A stretch of DNA of 64,000 nt, taken from Octopus bimaculoides. Its lineage: Eukaryota. Positions 1 through 12,685 of the stretch are shown piece by piece. The translations under genes and the position numbers were made by a program. Position 1 is the first letter of the stretch. Each line of letters begins with the position of its first letter. Under the pieces are notes generated by a model, which did not search any database, was not told the origin of the DNA, and saw nothing but the letters and a program-made list of their open reading frames with translations. Location: the NCBI RefSeq assembly GCF_001194135.2, contig NC_069004.1:27644790-27708789 (forward strand), given 5' to 3'.

Positions 1-33
1 TATATATATATATATATATATATAATTCCTTTA

Positions 34-125
34 TTCTTTTACTTGTTTCTGTCATTTGATTGTGGCCTTGCTGGAGCACCACTTTAAAGGGTTTTAGTAG
101 AAGTTGACCTCAGAACTTATTCTTT
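34..125 (-). mobile_element. SINE family A, 3' fragment
   Basis: Matches the reverse-complemented 3' end of the intact copies at 26388 and 56447 (ttttacttgtttc...gctggagcacc...gacc.cag.acttattcttt). Confidence 0.75.
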
Positions 126-607
126 TGTGAGCCATTGAATAGCTTGTTGGGAACCTGTTACCAATGACACTATCGTTCATCAATTGCAATATATTGGCAC
201 CAACCATCACTTTTTTCCAAATAAATTACTGTTTCTCTCATGACCAGATATGTTTACAACTATCATGTGATGTCAGGGCAAGGAGACAGCGATGCACACA
301 CNNNNNNNNNNTATATATATATATATATATATACAGAGATAGAGAGAGAGAGAGAGAGAGAAAGTCATTATCATCTAAAAGGTGGAACAGAATCCAAATC
401 CTAAATGTATAGTTCAAAAGTATGTTGGAATTTACATTACGATCAGGTGTTGTTTATTTGATAAATTAAAGTAGGAAACTAATGTGTAGATAGTTGAATA
501 TGTGTGTGTGTGTTTTATTGATAAATAAAACTTAAAAGGAAATTATTATAGGAAGGTTGAGTATTGTGGCCAAACAGAGTAATCTGTCCTTTGCTTCCTG
601 CAATTAC

Positions 608-609
608 TA

Positions 610-689
<80 letters not shown>
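608..689 (+). repeat. (TATC)n microsatellite
   Basis: Directly visible perfect tetranucleotide array running into (CAT)n. Confidence 0.95.
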
Positions 690-735
690 ATCATCATCAT
701 CGTTTAACGTTCGCTTTCCATGCTAGCATGGGTTG
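686..735 (-). mobile_element. Repeat family D, 3' end truncated by gap
   Basis: catcatcatcgtttaacgttcgctttccatgctagcatgggttg is the reverse complement of the 3' end of the copy at 31783-31920. Confidence 0.8.
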
Positions 736-1609
736 NNNNNNNNNNNNNNNNNNNNNNNNNNNNNNNNNNNNNNNNNNNNNNNNNNNNNNNNNNNNNNNNN
801 NNNNNNNNNNNNNNNNNNNNNNNNNNNNNNNNNNNNNNNNNNNNNNNNNNNNNNNNNNNNNNNNNNNNNNNNNNNNNNNNNNNNNNNNNNNNNNNNNNNN
901 NNNNNNNNNNNNNNNNNNNNNNNNNNNNNNNNNNNNNNNNNNNNNNNNNNNNNNNNNNNNNNNNNNNNNNNNNNNNNNNNNNNNNNNNNNNNNNNNNNNN
1001 NNNNNNNNNNNNNNNNNNNNNNNNNNNNNNNNNNNNNNNNNNNNNNNNNNNNNNNNNNNNNNNNNNNNNNNNNNNNNNNNNNNNNNNNNNNNNNNNNNNN
1101 NNNNNNNNNNNNNNNNNNNNNNNNNNNNNNNNNNNNNNNNNNNNNNNNNNNNNNNNNNNNNNNNNNNNNNNNNNNNNNNNNNNNNNNNNNNNNNNNNNNN
1201 NNNNNNNNNNNNNNNNNNNNNNNNNNNNNNNNNNNNNNNNNNNNNNNNNNNNNNNNNNNNNNNNNNNNNNNNNNNNNNNNNNNNNNNNNNNNNNNNNNNN
1301 NNNNNNNNNNNNNNNNNNNNNNNNNNNNNNNNNNNNNNNNNNNNNNNNNNNNNNNNNNNNNNNNNNNNNNNNNNNNNNNNNNNNNNNNNNNNNNNNNNNN
1401 NNNNNNNNNNNNNNNNNNNNNNNNNNNNNNNNNNNNNNNNNNNNNNNNNNNNNNNNNNNNNNNNNNNNNNNNNNNNNNNATAAATTACTGTTTCTCTCAT
1501 GACCAGATATGTTTACAACTATCATGTGATGTCAGGGCAAGGAGACAGCGATGCACACACATGCATGCACACACACACACACACACACCGACACACACAC
1601 ACACATTTA

Positions 1610-1752
1610 TACAATATACTTCTTTCAGTTCCTGTCCACCAAGTCCATTCACAAGGCTCCAGTCAGCTCTGGGCTATAATAGAAGACAATTAGCCAAAAG
1701 CTGATGTAGTGGGACTGAACCCAGAACTATGTGACTAGCAAGCAAACTTCTT
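1610..1752 (-). mobile_element. SINE family A, 5' part, diverged
   Basis: cttctttcagttcc...acaaggc...gggactgaaccc...aagcaaacttct..ccacacggcca matches family A head in reverse. Confidence 0.75.
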
Positions 1753-1785
1753 TCCACACGGCCATAGCTGCATCTGAATTTCCCA

Positions 1786-1822
<37 letters not shown>

Positions 1823-2671
1823 AACGCATACCCCCCCCCCCCCAAATATCAACCTTAATTAGAAATCATTATTATTACCATTATGTATGGTCAGCAGATG
1901 GATGAATTGATAGGGAGTCAGGCTGTACACCTTGTGTCATTTACCCCCTGAGATCAAATCTCTATAGTCATCGTTGTCTTTCATTTCTCAGTAAATACCA
2001 ACCAAATAATGGAAACCAATGCAGTCGGTTATGCTTTCCTCACCTTCATTAAATATCTGCCTTTTGTTTCAGAAATCATATTAATATTATTAGTACTGGA
2101 CTGTAAGTGTTTAGAGTATTTTGGTTTCTAGTTTTAGTCCTCAACGTTCTGAGTTCAAATCTTACCAAAACTGATTAAGTCATATCTCATAATTTATGGT
2201 TTCAGTAGCAAAAATCACAGTGGAGGTTGTCAATTGTTTCTATAATACAGCCATAATTTCTCAGTTTTTCCCACTGGAATTGTTTCATTCAGTGTTTTAA
2301 GTTCATTGGTAAAGGAATGAATGACACTACTTCCTATTTTCTCATGCACATTTTAAATCCAAAACTGCAGACTAACTTTTGTTGTGGAACCCATTACATA
2401 ATTTTCCTAATATTGCAGAACGTGTACCTATTTTACCATGGACAACCTCTCTTGCCCTAATTTTGATAAGATGTTAAATACTAAAAATATTTTGAGAATA
2501 GTTTGTACTGGCAACAGATGGTCCAGCACCAGTTTTAATTCAGATAAATTACCAGGTGGAACTTGAAATTCCCATGGCAGCCAGTCTAGTTTACAGTGCA
2601 ACCACAGGTGATACTGTGTGTGCCACCTATTTACACTGCACTTGTTAATGGGAATACTAAAGTTTTGGGAG

Positions 2672-2868
2672 TTACTCTCTCTCTTTACTTGTTTGACTAT
2701 GGCCATGCTGGAGCACCGCCTTTAGTCGAGCAAATTGACCCCAGGACTTATTCTTTGTAAGCCTAGTACTTATTCTATCGGTCTCTTTTGCTGAACTGCT
2801 AAGTTCCAGGGACATAAACACAGCAGCATCGGTTGTCAAGCGATGTTGGGGGGAGAAACATAGACATA

Positions 2869-2962
<94 letters not shown>

Positions 2963-3106
2963 CGATGGGCTTCTTTCAGTTTCCGTCTACCAAATCCACT
3001 CACAAGGCTTTGGTTGGCCCGAGGCTAAAGTAGACGACACTTGCCCAAGGAGCCACGCAATGGGACTGAACCCGGAACCATGTGGTTCATAAGTAAGCTA
3101 CTTATC
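2672..3106 (-). mobile_element. SINE family A, near full length, with expanded internal (CA)n/(TA)n
   Basis: High similarity along its length to 26388-26780 and 56447-56914. Confidence 0.9.
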
Positions 3107-4674
3107 ATAGTGTGAGGTAGATCTCGTCTCTCCCCAAATCCCCGGTAACGGGGACAAACCTGGATTTAAAATATTGGACATCGACATTGCTTAAATAGCC
3201 ACTAAATTTAACAGTTGGCTATACCAATTTTACATATTAAACACATTCTTGGCAACTGGTATGTACATATTAATTGATGGTAGGGATACTGTATTTCATC
3301 AGGCAACCATAATATACTACCAAGAGTATATCAAAGGTTTATTAGTCAATACTGTGTCTCACCTGTGTTAGCGGTGCAAGTCAATCACTTTTTAAAGTTA
3401 TCTCTACAGATTTTGTATAGAAATTAGAGCCTGCACTGCACTGTGTTGCATTGAAGCTGTATAATTTGTAGATTAAAGAGGTATTAAATTATTATTACAT
3501 GACTACTGATAGTTCAGCAAGGCTTTGGAACCAAACATACTGAAGAATTAGTGGAGGACCTGTGTTTAAAAAAAAATGAACAAACTGCATAATATAACTT
3601 ATTTTTAAAATAGCAAATACTATTTTTTTTATTATTAAATAATCTTTATTAAGTTTTAATAAACTTATCTCATGGGATTTTTTTTCATGGAACCCATTTT
3701 TGAGAAATACTGTTATATGAGCATCTGCTTCTATGAATCATCTCAAATAACGCACCAATGTTAAAAATACTGAAGAAATTAGTGGCTTTATAATTATAAC
3801 TACACTAAATAATTGTATTAATGAGCGAAAATATAGTCAACAATTGATATCATCAATCTCATAAAGAAGTGTGTATTTTGAAAACTGTCCACATTTTATG
3901 CAAAATAATAGATGGTTGGAGAAAAAAAAAAGGTTTAATTATCTTAGCTTTTGAATGAACATTTGTCTTATTTTAAAGTAATTTATTTTTGCAATTCTCT
4001 AATATTAATTACATTGTTAAAAATCATGTTTTGTGAAAACACAAAGTAAGATGTTTTCTTGATGCTTAAATTTTTAGCATTTTTTAAATATCTCTATACA
4101 AAAGATTATTGATCAGTTTATTTTCAGTTTTGTATGGTTAAAATATGCTGCTCTTGATAAAAATAAATGTTTGAAAATTCTTCTTTGAATACTGTCTTAA
4201 ATACTGCTCTTATCGAGCTTTTGCATCAACTTTTGGAATTCATTGCATAAAGCCAATCTATTCGTTCCATAGCATTTTAATAGAATCCATCTTTATATAT
4301 NNNNNNNNNNCATTTTAAAGTCCATTATACAATTATGTACACTTATGAACTAAATGGGGGGACATCCTGTTGTTTAATTACAGAGTTATTTGCCGAACAC
4401 TGATTTAATTGTTAGTTCCATCACTCCCAGACATGTACATTAAAGACACTCCTTGAAAAGTGTTTTGGTTGTAAGATAACGATGTGAAGTTTCTTAAAAT
4501 TTTAATTTGTCCTATCACTGAAAATGCCAGTAATTATAACAAGGTGTAGCTGTTAAAAATACTTATGCACATTTATTTTATTATTTAATTTCCATTAGAC
4601 ATGGCTTTTGTAGGTACATGTTTGGTTGGGTGTGTGATTAAAATGTTTACTTTGCAACCCTCTGATTCCAAGTT

Positions 4675-5327
4675 TGGCTCTGCTGCGTGACACCTTAGCC
4701 AAATAGTTAATATTGGAACAAAAATTTACTACAGTAGATACCATGTGAGAAATTTTCATATTGGCTTTTGATACAAAATGCACTCATATCACGAGTGAGG
4801 AAATCAATCCCTGCCATACCCAGCACCAAAACCACCAGGTCATATGATTTCAACCTTCCTTGGTCTCATCAATGATGGACGCTTGACCACTAGACATAGC
4901 TATGACTCATTTTCCTGCCAGCAATATATAGAATGATAGTACCTGTACAGACACTGATTGTTGCAATTAGCCAATTAGTTTGTTAAAAATATATATTAGC
5001 AACAGAGGGCTAATATTTATTCCCACTTAAATGTGTATATTCTGTTAGAACAAACGTTTCTGTGGTAGACACCATGAGAGATACACTTGTGTAGGTTTTG
5101 GTGCAGAATGCACATGGTTGTTTATATTGCCAGCAGGGACATAAATACCCACCAACTCCAGCACTGAGACAAGCAGATCATGTGATTTTGACCTTCTTTG
5201 GTTTTATTGATAATGAATGCTTGATGCTAGAGATAGCAGCAACTCATCTTCCTGCCAGCGATATATAGAAAAACAGTGCCGGAACAGGTGCTGGTGTCAT
5301 GATTAGCCAGTAATACTGGCTCTGCTG
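4675..5327 (-). mobile_element. Diverged tandem dimer (~335 bp unit) with decayed hammerhead ribozyme cores; retrozyme / Penelope-like terminal repeat
   Basis: Two direct repeats offset by about 331-338 bp (gtagatacc 4734 vs gtagacacc 5065; cctgccagc.atatatagaa in both). Minus strand 4878-4832 reads CCATCA-TTGATGA-GACC-AAGGAA-GGTT-GAAA-TCATATGA-CC-TGGTGG. 11-bp direct repeat tggctctgctg at 4675-4685 and 5317-5327. Confidence 0.6.
4832..4878 (-). ncRNA. Degenerate minimal type I hammerhead ribozyme (probably inactive)
   Basis: Stem I CCAUCA/UGGUGG, core (U)UGAUGA, stem II GACC/GGUU with 6-nt loop, GAAA, palindromic stem III UCAUAUGA. Departs from consensus at C3, C11.1 and U16.1. Confidence 0.55.
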
Positions 5328-5774
5328 GTAATATGTAGACTTGGGTAAGTGTTTTCTGCTGTAGCCTTGGGTCAACTAATGTCTTGTGAATGAAATTTGG
5401 TAGTTACAAACTGTGAGGAAGCCTGTGTCTTGTGTGTGTGAAAATACATTATATATACATATATATTTTCATAGTTTCCATCAGGCATGATTTTTATAGA
5501 TGCAGGTATTATGTGATGCAAAGAGAACTTTGGATTGCAATCATATAGTTTAGTTCCTCTACATGGCATCTTGGATGAGTGGCATCCACAATAGCTTTGT
5601 GTTGACCAATGTCATGCAAATTAAATTTGATTGCTGGTGACTGTGAGGAAGCCTCTCTGTGTGTTTTATGTTTATGCCCTGTAAATTAACCGTTTGGAAA
5701 ATAGGGCAGGGGTCAATAAAATAACTAACAAACTTAAAAATGTGTGATATCTTTTATCTTTTACTTGGACAAAC

Positions 5775-5930
5775 ACATGTATACGATGGGCTTCTCTCAT
5801 CTGCCAAATCCACTCACAAGGCTTTGGTAGGCCCAAAGCTATAGAAGACACTTACTCAAGGTGTTGTGCAGTGAGAGTAAACCCAGAACCATGTGGTTGG
5901 GAAGCAAACTTATTGCCACACCAGCTCCTA
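5775..5930 (-). mobile_element. SINE family A, 5' part
   Basis: tacgatgggcttct...aaatccactcacaaggctttggtaggccc...gaagacactt...aaccatgtggttgggaagcaaact. Confidence 0.8.
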
Positions 5931-6524
5931 TATGATCGGCTAATTCCTTGAAGGCAACGTTCCAGTATGGGCGGTAGTCCAATGACTGAAACCAGTATAA
6001 AGAAGAACAGAAATAATAGAAGAATGGTAATTACAAAAATAACATTAAATTAAAAGTGTATGTGCTTTTATTGGCTACAATGACTTTCACATAGTGCAAT
6101 TATTTTTAGTCCCAACACATAATCTCAAAATCAAATCGAATGCCAAACAAATGGAATTCAAGAATTGGTAATTACAAAGTCATCGATATCTGGTTTCAGA
6201 TAATCACAGTGTGGTACTGCTATCAATGTAATGAAGACATAAAATGATTGTTATCTCCGGATATACATGACATCATGAGAAATGTTGATGGCTTCTGCTG
6301 GTTAAAATATTCCAACAGTTTCATGTGTTATTCTTTGCGCAGAATTACATAGTAGAATCCAAGGAAAGTAGCAATGGCCTGTGTTGGCAAATAGTAAGCA
6401 TAAAAACTTTCTAAATTGGAATAAATTATATGGCTGTAAAGAAGTCAAGTCTTAAGAGGAAGCCTGCATCAGAGGAAGATAAAATGTTGTGCATCATCAC
6501 TGACTCCATCATTCTCATCATGAT

Positions 6525-6870
6525 CATCATCTCCATCATCATGTTTTATGTCTGCTTTCCAAACAAGCATGTGTTGCATAAGTTACTATGATCAGAGTCA
6601 GCAGCACATTGAAGAGTACTGCTCCCCTAGACTGGCGAAAGGCCCGTGTCTTGCTGGTGTTTCATTTCCGGCTTGGTTTCTGTGGGTGTGTGCCCTTCCT
6701 AGTACCAGCCATTTTATAAAGTGTACTAAATACTTTTACCCATGGCACCAGCATTTGAAGAGCTGTCATGTACTCAAAACTAAATGCTCCTTACAATGTT
6801 ATACTTTACAGAGTGTATTGGATGCATTTTTTTTTTGTGGCACCAGCATTAGAGAGGTAGCCATGTTATT
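6525..6870 (-). mobile_element. Repeat family D, diverged
   Basis: (CAT)n followed by gttttatgtctgctttcca.ac.agcatg.gttg ... ggatgc..ttt..gtggcaccagca, as in other D copies. Confidence 0.55.
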
Positions 6871-6999
6871 GATATGACTCAAAGAACCTAACAACACCAC
6901 TCTCTGCTTCTTTACCACTCTCTTTATAGATTGAGGGGCATGAAAATTCAAGGCATGCATGCATGCGCATGTGCACATGCACATACAGATTGATAGGTA

Positions 7000-7245
7000 G
7001 GCACAGGCTCGGCTGTGTGGTTAAGAATGTTTCCTCACTAACCATATAGTTGAGTGCAAAATCTGCATGGAAGCTTGGGTAAGTGTATTCCACTATAGCC
7101 CCAGCACAACCAAAGCGTTATGAGTGGATTTAGTAAATGAAAAATGAAGCCCATTTTGTGTGTGTGCGTGTGTGTACACCATTGTGTTGACGTCATTATG
7201 TGATGGTTGTAAACAAGCACAACCATTATACAATAAATGTTATTC
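7000..7245 (+). mobile_element. SINE family A, diverged
   Basis: ggctgtgtggttaagaa head, cttgggtaagtgt.ttc.actatagcc, gagtggattt.gta, central (TG)n. Confidence 0.75.
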
Positions 7246-7966
7246 ATTTCCAGTCTGGCCATGAGGAAATATTTTGTTGTTTGTAAGCAGGTGAGGGTTA
7301 GCAAGTATGAAAAAGTGCATGTTAAATGGTGATAATGGATAAATGTACACATACATAATGTGTTTGTGTGTTCTTCCTCTCTTCTCCTGATCTTAACACC
7401 ACCACAAATTTTTTTTTTTTTTTTTTTTAAATAAATTTGTCAGATTTTGTTTCATGTGTTGGCTTTTGCTGTTGTCCTCCTGCTAATCACATAGTTTCCC
7501 TTATTAAATACTCCTCCTCCTCATATTCTGTCTGTCTGTCAGTGCATCTGTCTGTCTGTCAGTGCATCTGTCTGTCTGTCTGTGCATCTATATCTGTCTA
7601 TCCATCCATCCACTGTTACAGCATGTAAACATATCGTTTCTCTTCCACAAAGGGTTCTGCCCAAAAACATTAGAACATTTGTTCCTCGCAGCAAAATAAT
7701 TAATCCACTTCACAAATATTTTTATACCTTTTCTTTTTTTTTATTCTAATCACATTTTCTACATACTTTTTGTATAATTCTTTTTTCTTTTTTTTTTTTC
7801 TTCTGAAGTCTGCCACTAAGTGCAAATCTTCCTGTAAATGATGTTATTGCAACTCAATAATTGTCAATTCTTCATGTTCTACATTAACCACACTAATTGA
7901 ACTCATCAACCTACCTTTTGATGAAAGAGATCTTCTAAGGGTTTGTCAGCAATGTATGTATGTGTG

Positions 7967-8005
<39 letters not shown>

Positions 8006-8015
8006 NNNNNNNNNN

Positions 8016-8062
<47 letters not shown>

Positions 8063-8746
8063 GAGAGAGAGAGAGAGAGAGGGAGAGAGAGAGAGAGAGT
8101 TAATTCTACATAGACAAAATGATAAAAACAGCAAATGTTCAAATGTTGGCAGTATTATTGCTTCGAGTAATATTTACCTTCATTATTTAGCTCAGACGAA
8201 ATATTAGGTTGAACTAAATGAAGAAGTAAGAAAAAAAAAGAACAAAAAGAAAGCAGTAAAAGAATTAACAAAATAAAAACAGAAGTTATCTATTGTTTGA
8301 CCTTTTGTTTTACTTGTTTACACCCCTGTTCTCATTTCTATGCATTGTAAACTTAATATATCTGGTACATTGTAGGCTAAAATCTGTTTTTAGTTGTTTG
8401 CTTATGAGAAACTATTGGCTAGAATTTATTTCAATGTTTTGCTGTAATAGCAATTCATCGAACTCTGTCAATGGGTGTTGGCATGGCTGTGTACTTAAAG
8501 TAACTTGCTTTCTCTGCAAATACAGTCATTTCAGGTTCAATCTCATTGCACACCACTACTTTGCAGCAGGTGTCTTCAAGTATAGCCTTGGGTTGACCAA
8601 AGCTCTATGAGTGAAGATTTGGGAGATGGAACTTGTCTATGGGAGGCTTATGAGCAGGACTATTCTTATACTTCTTGGATGGTAGATTCAACCCATTTGC
8701 TCAGTTTCACTTCAGCTGTTTGGCTCAAAGTTGCTTTTAGCAGAGT

Positions 8747-8902
8747 TTATCTGTTACAAGTATTGGTGGTAGTGGTTAAGATGGTGGTGATGGTACTGGT
8801 GCTCGTGGTGGTGGAGGGCAGACCTCTGGTCTGAGTATAACTCGGTCTCTTCCTCACTTCAGTCTGAAGCAGGTCATCAGGTGCTGTCTTTCCTTGATAT
8901 GG
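8747..8902 (-). CDS. Candidate terminal coding exon of an unidentified gene (PYQGKTAPDDLLQTEVRKRPSYTQTRGLPSTTTSTSTITTILTTTTNTCNR*)
   Basis: Acceptor tttattatcgtatgtttgtttAG at 8904-8903. Only phase 0 is open from the acceptor, and GC is higher than the flanks. An alternative internal donor GAA|GTGAGG would give a 45-nt exon (8858-8902). No homology recognised. Confidence 0.3.
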   Translation of the reverse strand, partial: PYQGKTAPDDLLQTEVRKRPSYTQTRGLPSTTTSTSTITTILTTTTNTCNR

Positions 8903-10094
8903 CTAAACAAACATACGATAATAAAATTATCTTGGCATTTATCTTCTTGTGCTTTCTCTTGTTTTTGGTGTTGCTAAAATAGGATTTGAGATTTCTTTGA
9001 AGCACTATTTAATCATTTAGAGAAATGCTCACAGTTTGTTTTGTTTTTTTGCTTTTTTGTGAATATCAGTTGTATGATTTAAGTTTGGCGACTGAAGCAT
9101 CATTTCAACCAATAATAATATTCCATTATATGATTTGTTTTATCTTGAAAAAATATTTATTTTTACTTCAGTTTAAAAATTTCTTTTTTAAACTTAATTT
9201 TTAATGAGAATATCAAAAATTTAAATTATATAAAAAAAATAAACAAGCAAAAAAACAAATATTCAAATGAATCATTTTCTATATGAATTGAAATTTTAAT
9301 TACTCCCACTCCCTGCATCTTAGCAACAATAATGAAAGTCTTATAATATTATTTTGTTTCGCCTGGAAGCAAAATAAGATATTTGTTTAATTCTTTCTCT
9401 TTTTAGTGGTTTTCCTTTTATAATTTCCATTAGTAAGAATTATAGTGCAGTTCACATCATAAGTATATAATCTGTGAACCAATGTATTTGATGCTTGTTC
9501 TATACAGTCTGAGTGTCATGCAATTCAAGAATATAATATTAACTAATCAATGAAGATAAAAATTAAATTTAAAAAAAAAAATTCTTTTTATTCCTTTTTT
9601 TTTGTATGACTTGAAATTTTGTATTTTTCTGAAATAAACTCCAATACTGAGAAATTTTGTCAATTTTTTTAAAAGCTTTATTAGCAAGATTTCCTGTTGT
9701 CATTACTTGCTGTTCCTAATTAAAGTTAACTAGCTCCACCACCATCAGTACACACTTCCCTTATAAACTGTTTGAAGTACAGGTACTTTCATACAATTTA
9801 CTTTGTAGTAGTTGGGTAATGTTAGGAAGTTCCAACAACTTCTTTGTTATACCAGAAGCATTTTGAGACTAGATTACTACACATTTTGCTTGAATCTTCA
9901 AATTGTTCATTGCTTGAATCTTCAAACTGTTGATTCATTCATTCATTTTAACATCCACTTTTCTAATGCATGGGTCAGATGAAACTTATTGAGGCAGATT
10001 TTCTACAGTCATATGCCCTTTCTGTTGCAACCCCTTTATCTGTTCTCAAGCAAGTGTAATATTGCCCCATGACCAAACATGACAGTATATTGAA

Positions 10095-10590
10095 AATAAA
10101 TGACAGCCTGTATGACAAGAACAATCACTTCCAACTATCATATGAGGTCAAGACTAGGGGACACAAACATACACACATTAACATGCATACATATAGATAT
10201 ATACATATATGATGGGGTTTCTTTTAGTTTCCACCTACCAAATTCATTAACCCTTTCGTTACCAACCCGGCTGAAACCGGCTCTGGCTCTGAGTACAAAT
10301 GTCTTGTTTGCATAAGTTCTGAATTAAAATCTTCCACCAAACCCTAATCTCAGTTTATATTCCTAACACCAGCTTAATGATAACTAAGTTATTTTACTAA
10401 AATTCTTTGTTATATTTAAAGTAATTGAAAGAAACACAGAGCACTTCGACAGAAATACAGTAACAAAAGGGTTAATAAGGCTCTGGTCAACCAGAGACTA
10501 TAGTAGAAGACACTTGTCCAAGGTACCATGCAGTGGGACTGAACTCTAGAACCATGTGGTTGGGAAGCAGACCTCTTACTGTACAGCCAT
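10095..10590 (-). mobile_element. SINE family A interrupted by a TTAA MITE
   Basis: Family A sequence stops at aattca(ttaa) 10247 and resumes at taaggctctgg after 10475. Confidence 0.8.
10251..10471. mobile_element. piggyBac-like MITE 1
   Basis: TTAA at 10247-10250 and 10472-10475; TIR CCCTTTCGTTAC / GTAACAAAAGGG. TTAA TSD with CCC termini is the piggyBac signature. Confidence 0.85.
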
Positions 10591-11129
10591 GCTTTTTATA
10601 ATTTTAATGTGTTTATATCAGTAAGAAGATTTTTAATGTTAAAAACATTTGCAGGAATTATGCATTACACTTGGGGTATCAATCTCATTCCAGTTGCACT
10701 TGTGCAGATTTTTCCCATAAATAAAGAAATTTAGTATCATTTGGTATGTGAATATAAAGATATTTGCAATTCAATTTATGTTGCGGTAAGGTCAGTAAAT
10801 ATAAATCTTCATTAATGTGTCAATCATCCACTTTTCAAGTAGTTGATTCATCATCATTGTATTAATCTCCACTTTTCTGTGCTCACATGGGTTGGACAGA
10901 TAAAGGAACATTCCCCCATGGCTGGACATATTTCCATGGTGAGAATGGAAACAACGGACACTGCTTGTGACAGTGAAACTTGTTTACAACAATTACATGA
11001 TTATAAGACAAGGAAACATCAACTCACACACACCAAACTCATTCTCCTACATGTGAGTAGCCATGGAGCTCATCTACAACAAAGACCTGCTCTACTCCAA
11101 CTTCATACCTTAACCTTTATCTGACATAC

Positions 11130-11375
11130 AGAGGCACCATCCTTCCTCTCTGGGTTTGTTGACTTGCAGGCTGCATGGTGACCTCCATAATGCCAGAGGT
11201 GTGAAAAAAGTACCCAGTACACCCTCTAAAGTGTTTGGTTTTGGTAAAGGCATCAAACCAGAGAAACCCAGCCAAAGCAGACACTGAAGTACAATGCAGT
11301 CCTTGATTCTTGAATCCTTGTCAAACCTTCCAACCCATGCCAGCATGGAGCATAGATGTTAACAGATTTCTTTCA
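11130..11375 (+). mobile_element. Repeat family D
   Basis: aaaaagtacccagtacaccctctaaagtg.ttgg...aaggcatc.aacc.gagaaacc...ccaacccatgccagcatggag.atagatgttaa. Confidence 0.7.
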
Positions 11376-11649
11376 CATAGATGTTAAATGAGCTTCTTTC
11401 AGTTTCCATTCACCAAATCTACTCACAAGGCTTAGAAATTCTTACTATTTACATCATAATCGAACCTGCACTTTTCAAGCATCATTGCATTTAACTATTA
11501 TGTTCCATATTTCAATCGAGGTTAGTTTTCAAGTAAAAGCACTTTTACCAAGGAAATTTTTTCCAACATACACTATGTTGTTAACACTGTTCTAATTTCT
11601 CTTAATTAAGATCAGAAATAATCATAATCAGTTGGTATAATAAATCAAA

Positions 11650-11690
<41 letters not shown>

Positions 11691-12026
11691 TAATTTTACT
11701 CTTGAAAATAAAGTGGTATCTATACTCACTAAAGTATATTGCCCGGAAGTTTTCTGATTAAAAATGTATAGAGATACATGTATATATGAAATTGTAGTGA
11801 CGTGCTATATTTGTTGTTTGTCTCAGTTGTAATATATGTGCATCAAGAATGCACTTTGACATCATTTCCTCTTGGCAAAATTATTCTCATTTATCAGTAT
11901 GTGGGGGTTATAAAACAGTATTGTGTGACCTCATAAGATAGCAAGAATTGTCTTCAATTCTTAACAAGCAATAGTAATCAGTCCAACAGCAGGAGGTATT
12001 GTCACTTTTGCAGTGTTTTACTCATA

Positions 12027-12071
<45 letters not shown>

Positions 12072-12166
12072 ACATATGCACACATACATATAGATACATC
12101 ATTATCATCAAACATCAATTTTCTAAGGATGTTTGATGATGATGCACACACACAAACCTAAAATAG

Positions 12167-12199
<33 letters not shown>

Positions 12200-12329
12200 N
12201 NNNNNNNNNNNNNNNNNNNNNTTTTTTTTTTTCTTTCTTTTTAACTTTCTGATGTTTAACAGAAGTGTTTTTGTTTAAAATTTTGGAATTTTGTTAGAAA
12301 ATGATGAAAAATCTAGGATTTTTAATCTG

Positions 12330-12685
12330 TAAAGCTCCAAATTGTGGCCATGTGGGGCACCACCACCTTGAAGGGTTTAGATAACCATATCAATCCTACT
12401 ACTTATTTTTCAAGTCAGGTACTTATTCTATCAGTGTCATTTGCCAGTCTGCTAAGTTACGGAGATGTAAACAAAGCAGACTGCTTGCTGAGTAGTGGTG
12501 GATCACACACAAAAACACATGCACACAACAGTCTTCCACATGATTTCCATCTACCAAATTCACTCACAAAGCATTGGTCAGTCTGGGATATATAGTAGAA
12601 GACATTTACCCAAAGTAGGCTGTGGGCCCAAACCTGAAGCCATGTGGTTGCAAATGAAACTTCTTAACTACACAGCCATGCTTGC
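12330..12685 (-). mobile_element. SINE family A, diverged
   Basis: gtggccatg.gg.gcaccacc.tgaagggttt...tacttattctatc...aaattcactcacaagg...aagccatgtggttgcaa...cacagccatgc. Confidence 0.8.

Noticed and set aside
557-1704. Long ORFs (260-470 aa) here and at 17954-18503, 26947-28378, 38179-38933 and 39443-40414
   Set aside because: They consist of X runs from N gaps plus microsatellite translations; not genes.
2419-2660. Open frames on both strands (TCTYFTMDNL...; WLPWEFQVPPG...)
   Set aside because: Weak donor, no recognisable homology, and partly fused to a SINE tail.
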